Below, piece after piece: positions 23,160 through 36,059 of a stretch of DNA of 64,000 bases. Position numbers and translations under genes: made by a program. The stretch spans positions 77,686,001 to 77,750,000 of the forward strand of contig OX597823.1 in the NCBI GenBank assembly GCA_951406725.2, given 5' to 3'. The notes beneath the pieces were generated by a model. The model was not told the DNA's origin. It searched no databases and worked only from the letters and a program-made list of their open reading frames with translations. How positions within the stretch are numbered: the stretch's first letter is position 1; the number at the start of each line of letters is the position of its first letter. The DNA is from Octopus vulgaris (taxonomy: Eukaryota).

Positions 23160-23320
23160 AGTGAATTGACAGAATCATCAGAGCGTCTGACAAAACACTT
23201 ATCATATTCAGTTATGGTCCTCTATGTTCTTAGTTCAAATCCAGCCATGATCAATTTTTGACTTTCACCGTTCCTGAGCAAATAAAATAAAGTACCAGTC
23301 AAATACTGGGGCTGATTCCT
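23160..23320 (+). mobile_element. SINE family B (decayed)
   Basis: GAATTGACAGAATCATCAGAGCG..GTTCAAATCC..AATAAAGTACCAGTC. Confidence 0.65.
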
Positions 23321-23361
23321 CTAATATAGCTTAAATGAGAGTGAAATTATAACAACAGACA

Positions 23362-23397
<36 letters not shown>

Positions 23398-24689
23398 TCA
23401 ATATAGAGAGTTTTGTACCAAATGCTACAAAGTTTATGATTTAAGACCTTCAGTATTTTTGTTGGGGAAATTTAAGGCATAAAACAGCAAATAGAGGACA
23501 AATCTCATCTTGATTATAATGCTTTTTCAGCACCACTTCGCATATGAAACAAATTATCTTAGAGCTGTTGAAACAAAGTTGGTTGTCATGAATCTATTGA
23601 ATTATTTTCTAAGTTTCTGATCATAAAGGTAGTACGGGTCTGATATAAAAATGTCCAGTACATATGTGTTGAAGATTTTGCATGTAAGATTTAGGGATAA
23701 ATAGTGATATCATATGTTTAGTAATATGTGCCATAGTGTCGTTATTAGAAATATCAGTGATTCATAGTGAAGCTGGAAATACTTCAAAGTTGACAGAAAA
23801 TATAAATGGGTGTTCTCAACCAGTTCATTCAAACAATTATGTTTCTCCACATATGTGAATGTAGTAACATTTACATGCTTCATATCTTAGAATCTTCACA
23901 TGTTTAACATCTCAACCCTAACAGGATGTTGCTCTGTACTACTCAACCCCTATTTGAAGACAGCCATGGTCAATGAACACCCATAAAAATCTTATTAAAT
24001 ATGAAGATTTTCGAGAAAATTTTTTTGTTTTATTTCCAGTGATTTTCTTTCCTTTTATTTCCTTTCCATTTTAGAGATTGTCATAAAAATGGAGTGTTAA
24101 ATTGTAATGGTTTTTAATGTTCAAAAGGCTTTCTCTTTGTAGTTTTAAATAAAGAAGAAGATAGTTGAAAATATTTTAGCTGTTGAAAGATTTCCAATAA
24201 AAAGGTTTTTAATAAAATTGGACGGGTTAGAGTGAATAGCAAAATTCTATTTCATTTTCATTTCTTGATTTCAAACTTTTAAAGACAAAAAGAAATTTTG
24301 GTGAAAAGAAAAATTAATGTTGAGACAAGATAATTTATGAATGATTGGATGAATTAATGGCAAAACTATGGATGTTAGAGCAATGCGATAACATCAGAGT
24401 AGTCTGTTGTAAAAACATTACATCACTGTAGTCTGAAAATAATATAGTGCAAGAAGAGAAGATGGTTTAGTGATTAAGGTAACAGATGACCAACTGTGAG
24501 AGTGGTGATTCAGTCATCATCACTACATCGAATTTATAGCCAAAATGCTCACTCATTTGTGGTTTAATCCCTTTTAACTTTAGGTAGGAACAGTAGATTA
24601 TATTTTATTTATTTTGCTGACTTCCCTTGCCTACATTAGCACTATTGATGGGAGACTGTACACCTTGGAGACCTGCTGTAGATGGTGGG

Positions 24690-24783
24690 TATGGACTGAC
24701 TCGAGAGCTGAAAATTGCTATGTACTGACTCGAGAGCTGAAAATTGTTACGGACTGCTTTGAGAGCTGCGAATCGTTACAGAC
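24690..24783. repeat. 29-bp tandem repeat x3 (TATGGACTGACTCGAGAGCTGAAAATTGC)
   Basis: Units at 24690, 24719 and 24748, partial at 24777; no spacers. Confidence 0.85.
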
Positions 24784-24837
24784 CTGGATTTTCCAAGGCC
24801 ACCAAGAGTGCACCAGACACTGCCTGAGATGCACATC

Positions 24838-25050
24838 TTTTACTTGTCTGTCATTGGACTGTGGCCATACTGGGGCACCATCTTGAAGGATTTATTTGAA
24901 TAAATCCTTACCAATATTTACCTTAAGTCTGGTCCTTATTCTAGCAGTCACTTTTGTTGACAAAGCATAAAGTTCCAGGGACATGAACAAAGCAATGCTA
25001 GTCATTAAGCAGTATTAAGGGACAAATGCAAACACAAACGTACATGCATA
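24838..25050 (-). mobile_element. SINE family A (tail half, decayed)
   Basis: TTTTACTTGTCTGTCATTGGACTGTGGCCATACTGGGGCACC. Confidence 0.7.
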
Positions 25051-25500
25051 CATACATTATAATGGTTGTATTCTCATCAGATAAGCATGACCATTGCTGA
25101 CCATTGCTGTTAAGTATCAGCACAACACTATAATGACTCTCATTACCAATCCCAAGAAGCTCAGAGATGAACAAAGTACAAGATATCCAGTTCAGTAGAG
25201 CTGCAGGTTTTATATACGAGTTAGCCTTCTCCTAGAGGGATGCCTTAATGGAGACCAGGGGACCCTCATTCCCAGTGGTTTCACTGCACCTTCAGATACC
25301 ATTTGTATTTTGTCTAAACTGTTGCAGCTCAACACTTGCAAGAAAGACAGGAGCAAAGCAGGAAACTCCAGGGAGAAGAAAGATTGAATGTAATGGTTAA
25401 TGCAAGGAAAGGTGGGTTGGACACACACTAAGGGTAACAAGGGGTTGAGAGACAACTAGGTTGGTGGTGTTTGAGCACTGATGGTAAAAGTTAAGATGAA

Positions 25501-25763
25501 ATCATCATCATCATCGTTTAACGTCCATTTTCCGTGCTAGCATGGGTTGGACGGTTCGACCGGGGTCTGGGAAGCCAGGATGCTGCACCAGGCTCCAGTC
25601 TGATCTGGCAGTGTTTCTACTGCTGGATGCCCTTCCTAATACCAACCACTCCATGAATGTAGTGGGTACTTTTTACATGCCACCAGCACAGGTGCCAGGG
25701 GAGGCTGGCAACGGCCATGATCGGTTGGTGCTTTTTACATGCCACTAGCACCAAAGCCAGTCA
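25501..25763 (-). mobile_element. Family R element
   Basis: (ATC)n-GTTTAACGTCC..GCATGGGTTGGACGGTT..GGATGCCCTTCCTAA; two tandem 5' units. Confidence 0.85.
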
Positions 25764-25789
25764 ATGTTGATATTAATTAGTGTAGTGAG

Positions 25790-26005
25790 ACGGAGAGCTA
25801 GCTGAATCATTAGCATGCTAGGCACATTGCTTAGAGCAATCCATCTGTCTTTACATTCTGAGTTCAAATTCCATTGAGGTTGACTTTGATTTTAATCATT
25901 TCAGATGCTGATAAAAAAAAATAAGTGCCAATTAAACACTGGGGTCGATGTAATGGACATACCCCTATCTCCCAAAATTGTTGGCCTTGTGCCAAAATTT
26001 GAAAC
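25790..26005 (+). mobile_element. SINE family B
   Basis: ACATTCTGAGTTCAAATTCC..GGTTGACTTTG..CACTGGGGTCGATGTAAT..GGCCTTGTGCCAAAATTTGAAAC; followed by (GTT)n(GGT)n(GCT)n. Confidence 0.8.
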
Positions 26006-26026
26006 CGATCGTATTTAGCGTTGCAG

Positions 26027-26073
<47 letters not shown>

Positions 26074-26681
26074 GGTGGTGGTGGTGGTGGTGGTGGTGGT
26101 GCTACTGCTGCTGCTGCTGTTGCAGTTTGAATTGTTTCTACCAGGATTTTTGTTTTCAATTTTAAATTAATGTTTTCAACATTTCCAATATTCTTCTGTG
26201 CAATTGTAAGCACCGTTATTTTATTAATTTGCTCTTTGTTTTAAAAAAATCTAATTTATTTTCATGTTTTAAAATAATTAGCAAGAAAGGGACATATTTG
26301 TTTACATTACCACTCATACTGCTACCATCACTCCAGTGTGCACACTTCCTCATACTTCTGAGGCAACCATCTTGCAAACCAAGCAACAATAATAACAGCA
26401 ACAACAACAGAAACAACAACAGCAATGGCTATGTTCCAAAAAAATAGTTTAAAAAAATCATCTAAGGACAAATGTTTCTTGCAGTCCAAACAATTCAAAA
26501 GACTTTTGTTAGAAAAACTGGAATAAAAAGAAGAAAAAACCACAATACTTTCTTCCATAAAATAATTTGGTTTAAAATTAGTTTTTTTTTATGAAGCTCT
26601 GATATTAGGCATCTGGTCTTTTCTCATGAATAAATGCTGCAATGAGTTAACATATGAAGTAGTAGAGTATTTCCCAGACAT

Positions 26682-26885
26682 ACTCTTTTGCTCTTTACTC
26701 TTTTACTTGTTTCAGTCATTTGACTGTGGCCATGCCGGAGCACCGCCTTTAGTCGAGCAAATCAACACCAGGACTTATTCTTTATTAAGCCTAGTATTTA
26801 TTCTATCAGTATCTTTTGCCGAACCGCTACATTACGGGGATGTAAACACACCAGCATCGGTTGTCAAGCGATGTTGGGGGAACAA

Positions 26886-26944
<59 letters not shown>

Positions 26945-27114
26945 TATATACGATGGGCTTCTTTCAGTTTCCGTCTACCAAATCCACTCACAAGACTTTG
27001 GTTGGCCCGAGACTATAGTAGAAGACACTTGCCCAAGGTGCCATGCAGTAGGACTGAACCAGGAACCATGTGGGTGGTAAATAAGCTACTTACCACACAG
27101 CCACTCCTGCACCT
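26682..27114 (-). mobile_element. SINE family A, full length
   Basis: Head AGGTGCAGGAGTGGCTGTGTGGTAAG; internal (TA)(TG) tract; (AAAGAGT)n-like tail. A decayed second head follows at about 27195-27355. Confidence 0.92.
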
Positions 27115-27854
27115 ACCCTTTCTCTAATTCTTGAGTTGAATCAGTATGGAGAAAGTGTGGCATAGCTAGACTTCAGAATTAAAGATATAGTCCTTCTGAC
27201 AGGTTTCTGTATAGTTTCTTTCCACCCAAATTCATTCACAAAACTTAGGCCAAACCAAGACTAATTTAAATACACTCACCTAAGATGCCCTGCAATGAGA
27301 TTGAACCCAGGACATTATGATTTCAAAGAAAACTTTTTAACACTAGGCCATGCCTGTATTTACAATATATATAGTGGAATGAATGAAGAGAGCTGGTGCA
27401 GTAAACCAAATTTTAATTTTACTAATAATGTTGAGAGCCAATCATTATCTTAATGAGTCTGTCTGGTTAAGAAAGACAGAGGAGGTAAACCTGGAATTTA
27501 AATAGATAAAAAAAAAGGAATTAAATCTAGAATGGAATGGTGAGGGGAAAGAATATGATCATTGGCAGTGCAATGACAACTCTTGGGATGTTTCTACCTT
27601 ATTAGGCCTCATTAACAAAGCATGGGTTAAATATACTGTCAGATCTTAGAATAACCAAGGGGCTTAGGAAGATGAACACTGAGTGCTTGGATAAAGATGA
27701 GTGGGGAGATAAGAAAATATTCAGGGATGCCCACTGCAGGAAAACATAATAGTAAAGTAGTTGTTAACATATATGATGCCATGTGCCCAAAATTTCCAAT
27801 TAAAATTAACTCATATTGATGGGAAACAATTAGTATTTTAATGAAGTATCAAGC

Positions 27855-28060
27855 CTGTAGAATTGTTAGTAAGTTGAAAAAAATGCTTAGAAGTATTTCA
27901 TCCAAATCATTACTTTCTGGGTTCAAATTCCACTGTGGTCATTTTTGCATTTCCTCCTTTTGGAGTCATTAAAATAAGTACCAGTAGAATACAGAAATTG
28001 ATATAATTGGCTTACTTTCCTTCTTAAAATTCCTGGCCTGATACCAAAATTTGGAACAAC
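27855..28060 (+). mobile_element. SINE family B (decayed)
   Basis: AAATGCTTAGAAGTATTTC..GGGTTCAAATTCC..AAATAAGTACCAGT. Confidence 0.7.
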
Positions 28061-28429
28061 CGTTTTAATTACTATTCATGGTGAAGATGAGCAAGGGAGT
28101 CAATCTTGGATTTAAATTAGCAAATAATTAATTACGTTATGCAGTGAAGTGTTAGACTGATGAATGGCTATGCATCGACAATACTAACATGCTTCAGCCT
28201 TATTAAACCTCAATATTTATGTCCACTGTTTATGTTCAATAACTACTGTGATTCTCTTGATCATCTCATCTAGTGCCAGTCCAGTATTGATTTTAAAATG
28301 TTCTTCAGATCCCTGTAATGATTACCTGCTCAGAATTTACTTGAATTACCATGAAGATGGCACCATACATCTTAAAGTTAGCTAATTAATTTACTTATAT
28401 ACAGCAGGTGCTGTGAGTTAATGAGCAGG

Positions 28430-28835
28430 CCTCCAAGGTGGTTGTTTGGCCAGCTAGAAATAGCAATTATATCTCTTAAATTTCATCCTGCAATCTTTAA
28501 AATTACAAAGTCAGGTTTGATTAAGTGTTCTGAGAAAGGTTATATCTGAAATAAATGAATTAATTAATTAATTAATTAAAATAGATATATGATACAGCCC
28601 TAAATGGAATGTGTTCAATCATAAGTTTGATCAAATAGAGCTCCTATATGTGGTTGCTCAGTCAGCTAAAAATAGAAACCAAATCATCCTTAAATTTTAT
28701 ATTATCTTAGAAGAGAAGAACATATTAGAAGATCTAATGTGCTAATGTACAATGGAATGATCACAGATGTAATACCTTTGATCTTAGGTTTGCTTGATCA
28801 GGCCTGACCTGGGGTTAAACAACAACTACAACAGC
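28430..28835 (+). repeat. Two tandem family E copies
   Basis: CAGCTA(G/A)AAATAG occurs twice; the second copy ends GATCAGGCCTGACCTGGGGTTAAACAACAAC. Confidence 0.6.
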
Positions 28836-29281
28836 AAAAGCAGAAAAATCTCAAGTGACCCTCACTTGAAAAGCAAAGGGTGTTTTCTCATTCATAAACA
28901 TTATTACACACACATACACACATAAAATACATATCATACACATGGACACACGAAACATGAACACACGTGCACACACACACATGCACATACACATACATAC
29001 ACACACAATTAAATAGAGGCAAATAAGCAAACAAACTGAACAAATACTCTGCCAAAGAAAATAAAAAATAAAGAGATAAATATTGGTGTAAAACATCTGG
29101 AAAAGACATTGTTTACAATTGTGGTTCTGTATAGAATAATGTAAATAACAAACTGATGTATTGTACCGCAGAAGAATCCACTCAGCAGATATTACAACCC
29201 CATCTCTAATAGCATGTGTGCGTGTGTGCATGCAGAGTAATATATTAATATGTGTGTGTGTGCATGCAGAATAATATATTA

Positions 29282-29312
<31 letters not shown>

Positions 29313-29799
29313 TGCAGAATGATATATTAATATGTGTATGTATGTGTGTGCGTGAGTAAACGTGTATGTATGAGTGTGTGCGTGCATAAGTGAGAGCATG
29401 AATGCATTCATATATATGTAAATGTATATATAAAAATGTATACACACACATATATATACATATATATATGGACATACACATATATATACTTACATATACA
29501 TATATATACACATGTAGATTTATTCTTGCTTATACACACACACACATATTTATATATATATACACAGATAGATATATAGATAGATAATGAAGAAATAAAT
29601 AGTATAGTTATCCACTTTATACAGCACAACTAATTAGCACTCTCATAGAGCTTCAGGAATATAACATTAAGAAATAAATATATATATACATACATACATA
29701 CACATACATATAATATACATATTTATACACACACATACACACACACGTGCATGCATGCACACACATATATGCACAAATACAGAAAGAAAGAGAGAGGAA

Positions 29800-31183
29800 C
29801 AGCAGCTTATTACAAGACAATTAGAAGTACCATTCTTGTCCTCTTTTTTGCAGGACAAGCAGGGAAAAATGTCTCTTCCGAGGACCATGCCACTATACCT
29901 GGCATTTCTGTCATTGTTCTGTACAATGCTTTTCATAGAATAACGTGCCCTGTATTTTGGAAGTCACTCAATAAACTGAATGGAAACAACTGGTTTGTGA
30001 GAACTGTGCCAGCCATGCATAGATATGCTTGCTGCCCACGAGGAGAGAAGTAGCAATGAGGGATTTAGTGCATAGATATGGAATTGTCGATCAAAGCTCA
30101 CTTTTCAGACCCCCTCACATCCATTTGTTATAGTTCTTCAGTCTGTAACAGAGGAGGCTGACTTCAACTGCAAACCTACATCTACTGATAATCTAGTTCT
30201 TGTTTCTGAATCTGCCAAAGAATTATAAATTCCAGAAGAGAAAGCAAAGTCTAGAATCGCGAGGTCTTAATGCAAACATAACAAAAACAAATTTTCATTA
30301 GCAGGAAATCAGACAAGATTCTATTACCATCAAAGAGTTTGGCTATTCGCAATATGCAAAAAAGGAGTAGGTGGAAATTCTGTACTGTGTAACAAATATA
30401 AACTATAGGTGAACAAGAAATGTGGTGAGATCACACATTGGCTGACAGAGAAGGACTCTGTGTGTAACAGATGTAAGAGAGTAGTTAGCACTGAAAGCAT
30501 CCATGAAAAATATTTTCGCAAATACCTGGAAGGCTCCCTATAAGTTGTTGACAGCTTCTCTTACCTACGTGGCCTAATTAATAGTAGAGGTGGCTGTTCT
30601 GAAAGCATAGAAACTAGAGTGAGAAAGTAGTGATGGTGATGGTGGGGAGATTTTCAGAGCTATTAATTTTACTGGCAACACATGGATAGTGTTTCCTTGT
30701 CAAGGACAGATTCTAAGTCAAGGATGTGATGTTTATATGTGAAGTATGATACCATATGACTGAAAAACATAAGCTTTTGAATGTTGAGGATCTGGGAAAA
30801 GAGGAAAGTAATGAGGCAAACATGGTCAGGTTCATTGGATATGTAATGTTAGTGTGAATGATCAATGGTATATAAATGAACTGAAAGTAAAACTTGGATA
30901 TAAGAAGAATAAGCTGTAGTATGTCAGACTGTGATGATATCGATATTCAATATGTATGGGGGATTGCATTCGGTTAAAGAAATGACAAGGATTCCAAATG
31001 GAAGCAACAAGCTGAAGAGGGAAGCTGGGGAAAAGTTTGGAAGAAGTGATAATGAAGGTTGATTGCAAAAGCCTGAATTTCTACAAGGAGCTAGACAAGG
31101 AACTGCAAAATGGAGTGAGACGTTGTTTAGGGGAAGACTTGTTGGAGTTGTGTAAGCATAGAAGAAAGCAAGTAAAATGATGA
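29800..31183 (+). pseudogene. Decayed RTE-clade LINE (RT domain, PHD-like finger, C-terminus and 3' tail)
   Basis: Translated pieces with stops and frameshifts: PLYLAF; STDNLVL (decayed YADDLVL); WLFAICKKGVGGNSVLCNKYKL*VNKKC; L*VVDSFSYLRGLINSRGGCSESI; NEANMV..WICNVSV; ends near an ATG repeat tail. Confidence 0.85.
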
Positions 31184-31343
31184 AATTATAATGAATGTAT
31201 AAATGTGTGTGTGTGTATGTATTTATATTTGTATATAAGATATATTTTTAAATATTCATATACACACAAAATATATAATATATATATAAGGCACATAGAT
31301 AGAAAGATGGAGAGATAGATATGTTTTATATATGTATATATAC

Positions 31344-31419
<76 letters not shown>

Positions 31420-31429
31420 TATATATAAG

Positions 31430-31805
31430 TTCTGCTGTGTCTATGTGGTAAGTAATTTGCTTCCTAACCACAAAGTTCCAGTTTCTGTCCCATGGTTTGG
31501 CCTGTTGGGCAAGTGAATTTTACTATAGCCTCAGACCAACCAAAGCCTTGTGAATGGATTTTGGAGATGGAAACTGAAAGAATCTTGTCATGTGTGTGTG
31601 TGTGTGCGTGTCAATTTTTGTCTCCCATCACTGCTTGACAACTGGTGTTGGTGTTTTTATGTCCCCATAATTAAGAAGTTTGGCTAAAAAGATCAATAGA
31701 ATAAGTACCAGGCTTAACCAAAAAATAAAAAAAATAAGTGCAATTCTTCAAGGAAGTGCCCCAGCATGGCCATTTTCTAATGACTGAAACATATACAAGA
31801 TAGAA
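31430..31805 (+). mobile_element. SINE family A (decayed)
   Basis: TGTGGTAAGTAATTTGCTTCCTAACCAC..TTGGGCAAGTG..GGAAACTGAAAGAA..(TG)n..CCCCAGCATGGCC. Confidence 0.85.
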
Positions 31806-31984
31806 GGTAGAATATATGCATATGTAGTGTATCAGCATGTTTGTAACAATAATTTCAAACAAGTGTAAAAAAACCTTTATAGATCTACCATAATCCTGAT
31901 AGAAAGGGCAATAGATATATCAAGCCCCATAACCATAAACATATGTATGCATGTATACATATGTATATGTGTGTGTATGTATGT

Positions 31985-32036
<52 letters not shown>

Positions 32037-32888
32037 TCACATACAAAGAGTAAAAATGAAATGATCATAATGATGATGATTGTAATTTGTACAGAGATAT
32101 TCAGCTATCTATATATAGTCACATATACACAAATAATAATCTATATATTCACAGTTCATACAATATACTCAATCCTTTTCGATATTTTGCTCGTACATCT
32201 CTTGAGGCCTAATTGAATTTTGCACTTTTCTAATAGATGGTATTGTTAAATAGGTAATGCACAAATATTTACTCTGTTGGCTTCTTTCCAATTCTGGTTG
32301 ATAATTATTAGCTAGTTACCATTGTTGTTGGTATTCTTGTTGTTGTAGTTGTTGTTTTTATTGTTGTAATTTCATGCTTGTTTATTTCTCTTACTTTATA
32401 TATATATATATATAGGTCAGTGTATAACAAAATATGTCATGATGGGTAATTTAGGGGTTGTTAACTGTGTTGCTATCTTCTTTTAATGAAAGACCAAGCT
32501 GGCTGTAAAAGAACCATTCCTTTCCAAGTTTGGTTCATGAGATTTGAACTTAGTACTGTGAGCAAAAAAAAAAAAAGAAACATATGCATTATATCCAGAC
32601 ATATGTAGCACTAGCATTCAAAAAAATGTATGATTTCTTTGTATCACTCTCGTTATTCTTGGTACCTAGTTACAGTTAAATGAGCTGAGATTCTATGAGT
32701 GAATTATCAACACAAGGAACAACATTTGAAAATGTTCCCTAATTTCAAGAGAGAGAAGCTTTTGTGTGCTGGTTATGCATAACTTTGACTTTTTGACCTT
32801 CAGAAGGTGAGAAATAAACCTTCCACCAGCCAGTGTGCTACAGGTAACATTTCCAGAAGATCTTTTTTAATGCATAAATATACATAGC

Positions 32889-33130
32889 AGAGGTACATGG
32901 CTTAGTGGCTAGGGTGTTGGGCTTGTAATTGTAAGATTGTGGTTTCAATTCCTGAACTCGACACTGAGTTGTATTCTTGTATACACTTCATTTCATATTG
33001 CTTTAGTTCACTCAGCTGCCAAAAGTGAGTCACCCTGCAATGTACTGGCATCCCATCCAGGAATATTTGTTGTATGCCACAGAAATCAGAAAACCAGCCT
33101 CATGAGTCTATATGATTTAGAAAGGAGCTT
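32889..33130 (+). mobile_element. SINE with tRNA head, family D core and family C type-2 tail
   Basis: GAGGTACATGGCTTAGTGGCTAGG..GGTTTCAATTCC; GTTCACTCAGCTG; CCTGCAATGTACTGGCATCCCATCCAGG..GAAAACCAGCCTCATGAG. Confidence 0.7.
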
Positions 33131-34227
33131 TATCCTTTTTTTTTAAAATTTATAATGCCAATACTTTAAAATGCAATCACTATCTTTACTCATAGTACCT
33201 ATTTACAGTTAGCTAAAAAGTGAAGCTGAGAACAAAATATCACTGCTAAGGACAAACTTTAGTATTAATGACCAGATACACCTTTTAAAATATCCCTTCA
33301 ATAATTCAAAGGGAGAGAGGCTTTTGAGTACCACCAGTGCTTAACTCTGATATTGTGATTTTCAAAAGAGATAAATTTAATCTTTCATTGGCTAAGATAC
33401 TGGTGTATTGCAGATAAAAATTCCCAGATTTTTTCCCCGGCTATATCAACAAATGAATGAATCAATTCACAAAGAATTATGTCTACTACTGAAATATACA
33501 ATTAGATAATTACGGTAAATTTGAAATGAAGACCTATCAGTTAGTAATACTACACAATACATGCTCAGCCAGTTCACTGCTTTTACATTGGTTATCAGGT
33601 GACCAGCTACCAAAAAAATCGACCTTTGCACCAATAGTCTGGCAATCTATCAACCTTCGTGTATCTGTATCTGTTTGCTATGTATCTATTTACTCTACAT
33701 AAACTATTAATAATGTTTCAGAAGACGTATAGCTTTATTATTGAAAATCTGTAAGCAATACTTCTCCAGATTTAGTTTGTACTCTGCCAAGTTAGAATAC
33801 TATCTGCAATGTTTTCACTTTACATTCTCAAGAATTGATGAGCTGATGAATATCACCCAAGACTAACATCTGTCAATCTATGTTTAAAATTCTATAATTA
33901 TAGCCTACCTACCTACCAGCCATCTTTAAGCTACATAAATCTGAGACAATTTCATTTCTTCAGTTCTTACTTTCTACAGAACTTTTAGATTTCATAAAAG
34001 TGGATTGTGAGATGAAAAAAGAACATTTTTTTTTTTAATAAGGGGGAGCATTTTATATCCATGGATAATGCCAGTTTCAAAAATTCCTATGAAAAAGAAG
34101 AGGACACACCAATTTCTCAGAGCTATTGTTGCTTAGAGAAGTTAATTTTACCACTCTCTAGTGTCTATACAAGACAAAACAAGTTAATTCAGTCAGTGGA
34201 AGTTAAGTGTTTGGCTCTTTATTTTTT

Positions 34228-34520
34228 GCCCTTTTAAAGCCTAACCAGGCTCATGGGCCCGGTTTCTGTGGCATGTGTGTTTCCCCACAGCTGGACAGGA
34301 CGCCAGTCCATCGCAGTGTTACTCAAGAAACAGGAAGAGAGAGTGAGAGAAAGTTGTGGTGAAAGAGTACAACAGGGGTGACCACCACCCCCTGCCAGAG
34401 CCTCGTGGAGCTTCTAGGTGTTTTCACTCAATAAACACACACAACGCCTGGTCTGGGAATCAAAACTGCAATCCTCCAACTGCTAGTTCGCTGCCCTAAC
34501 CACTGGGCCATTGCGCCTCC
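34228..34520 (-). mobile_element. SINE family C hybrid (4773-type head/body, type-2 tail)
   Basis: 34350-34520 aligns with 4910-5077; 34240-34320 aligns with 2895-2975. Confidence 0.88.
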
Positions 34521-34521
34521 T

Positions 34522-35180
34522 TTTACTCTTTTAGTGCTATGTTTAAAAAAGAAAACTGCCTTTGTTTCAATTAATTATGGATATTATCTCTTTTTTTTCC
34601 CTTTTTTACTTGTTTCAGCCATTTGACTGCGGCCATGCTGGAGCACCGCCTTTAGTCGAGCAAATCGACCCCGGGACTTATTCTTTGTAAGCCCAGTACT
34701 TATTCTATCGGTCTCCTTTGCCGAACCGCTAAGTGACGGGGACATAAACACACCAGCATCGGTTGTCAAGCAATGCTAGAGGGACAAACACAGACACACA
34801 AACACACACACGCATATATATATATATACATATATACGACGGGCTTCTTTCAGTTCCGTCTACCAAATCCACTCACAAGGCTTTGGTCGGCCCGAGGCTA
34901 TAGTAGAAGACACTTGCCCAAGGTGCTACGCAGTGGGATTGAACCCGGAACCATGTGGTTGGTTAGCAAGCTACTTACCACACAGCCACTCCTGCGCCTG
35001 AAGATTTTGTTCAAATAACTTTGTCATTATCAAACTGGTATTTGGAGCAAATGTAAATTGAAATATGTTGGAAGGTTTCAATTTAGATCTCTTTAGAGCA
35101 AGAAATTTATATCAGAATCAGAATCTGGGATAGTCTCATGTGAGCTTCATGTGAATCCATTGATTAACCAAAAGGATTAA
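34522..35180. mobile_element. Decayed TTAA-type MITE interrupted by a family A SINE
   Basis: ACTGCCTTTGTTTCAATTAATT left of the SINE appears to continue as GAAGATTTTGTTCAAATAACTTTGTCATTATC...AAAGGATTAA to its right; family recognised from memory. Confidence 0.5.
34590..34999 (-). mobile_element. SINE family A, full length, youngest-looking copy
   Basis: CpGs retained (GTCGAGCAAATCGACCCCGGG, GACGGG); intact head AGGCGCAGGAGTGGCTGTGTGG. Confidence 0.93.
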
Positions 35181-35294
35181 TCCATGGACTCACTACGCAA
35201 GACAGCTGACAAGATGAAACTACTTTCCTTTTTAATAAAAGGAATAAAAGCACATATATATATCATCTTTAAATGATGAGGAAAGCCTTTAAAT

Positions 35295-35495
35295 AATTGC
35301 TTGACCTAAATGAAATAGTAGCTAAATCCCTCCCAAACCATGCTCAGCAATCTGTAAAACAGATGCATTACACTATGCACTCTGAAGTACATTCTTCATG
35401 AAAAGGAAATGAGATAGTCGTGGCTGGAATGTCTTTGACCATAGATTTTCTGCTCCTTTAGAACCAGCTTGGAGCTAAACATCAATAACCACAAC
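35295..35495 (+). repeat. Family E repeat
   Basis: GAAATAGTAGCTAAATCCCTC..GGCTGGAATGTCTTTGACCATAG..GGAGCTAAACA. Confidence 0.6.
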
Positions 35496-36059
35496 AGCCT
35501 AATCATTCTCATAGCAAATACTTCTGTAGAAATCCAAGCCTCCTTATCCTTCTTCTCTCTCTTGTTCATGCATACAGATACACATGAACATATAGCCAGG
35601 CACTTTCCAGTGTCTCTCCACAGTTAAGTATTGAATGTGTTGTGTGTGTAACTGTACATATCATTTGCTTCCGTGCTTATATGTATATAGTGTGTCCCTT
35701 GAGTTTTTAAAAATCTTCTATACTCATCTATCAACTGGTTTAAATTGCAAAGTAAATGCCAGAAACTGAAGAGTGTAGTTATCATTTGAGAGGAATATGG
35801 TGTAATTCGGATGTCATCACACATTTATCTTTTTTTTATTTTTGCTTTTTATTTTATTTTTTTCACATCTAGAATATTAAACAAAAAAATCACCACAGTT
35901 TAATTCCATTTAGGTATTAGAAGAAAACAATTAGTGGTTTAAATACATTTTTTAATATATATGAAGTGACAGGCCCATGCAATTCAATAGAGAGATAAGG
36001 CAATTGAAATATAATAGAAATTAAAACAAGTTAACTTAAACTTCCCTGCAATTGTTGTG

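Noticed and set aside
23806-23984. 10-bp inverted repeat ATGGGTGTTC as MITE ends
   Set aside because: Short, no TSD and no second copy in the window.
24690-24783. CRISPR-like 29-bp repeats (also 8941-9320)
   Set aside because: No unique spacers, no cas genes, eukaryotic context.
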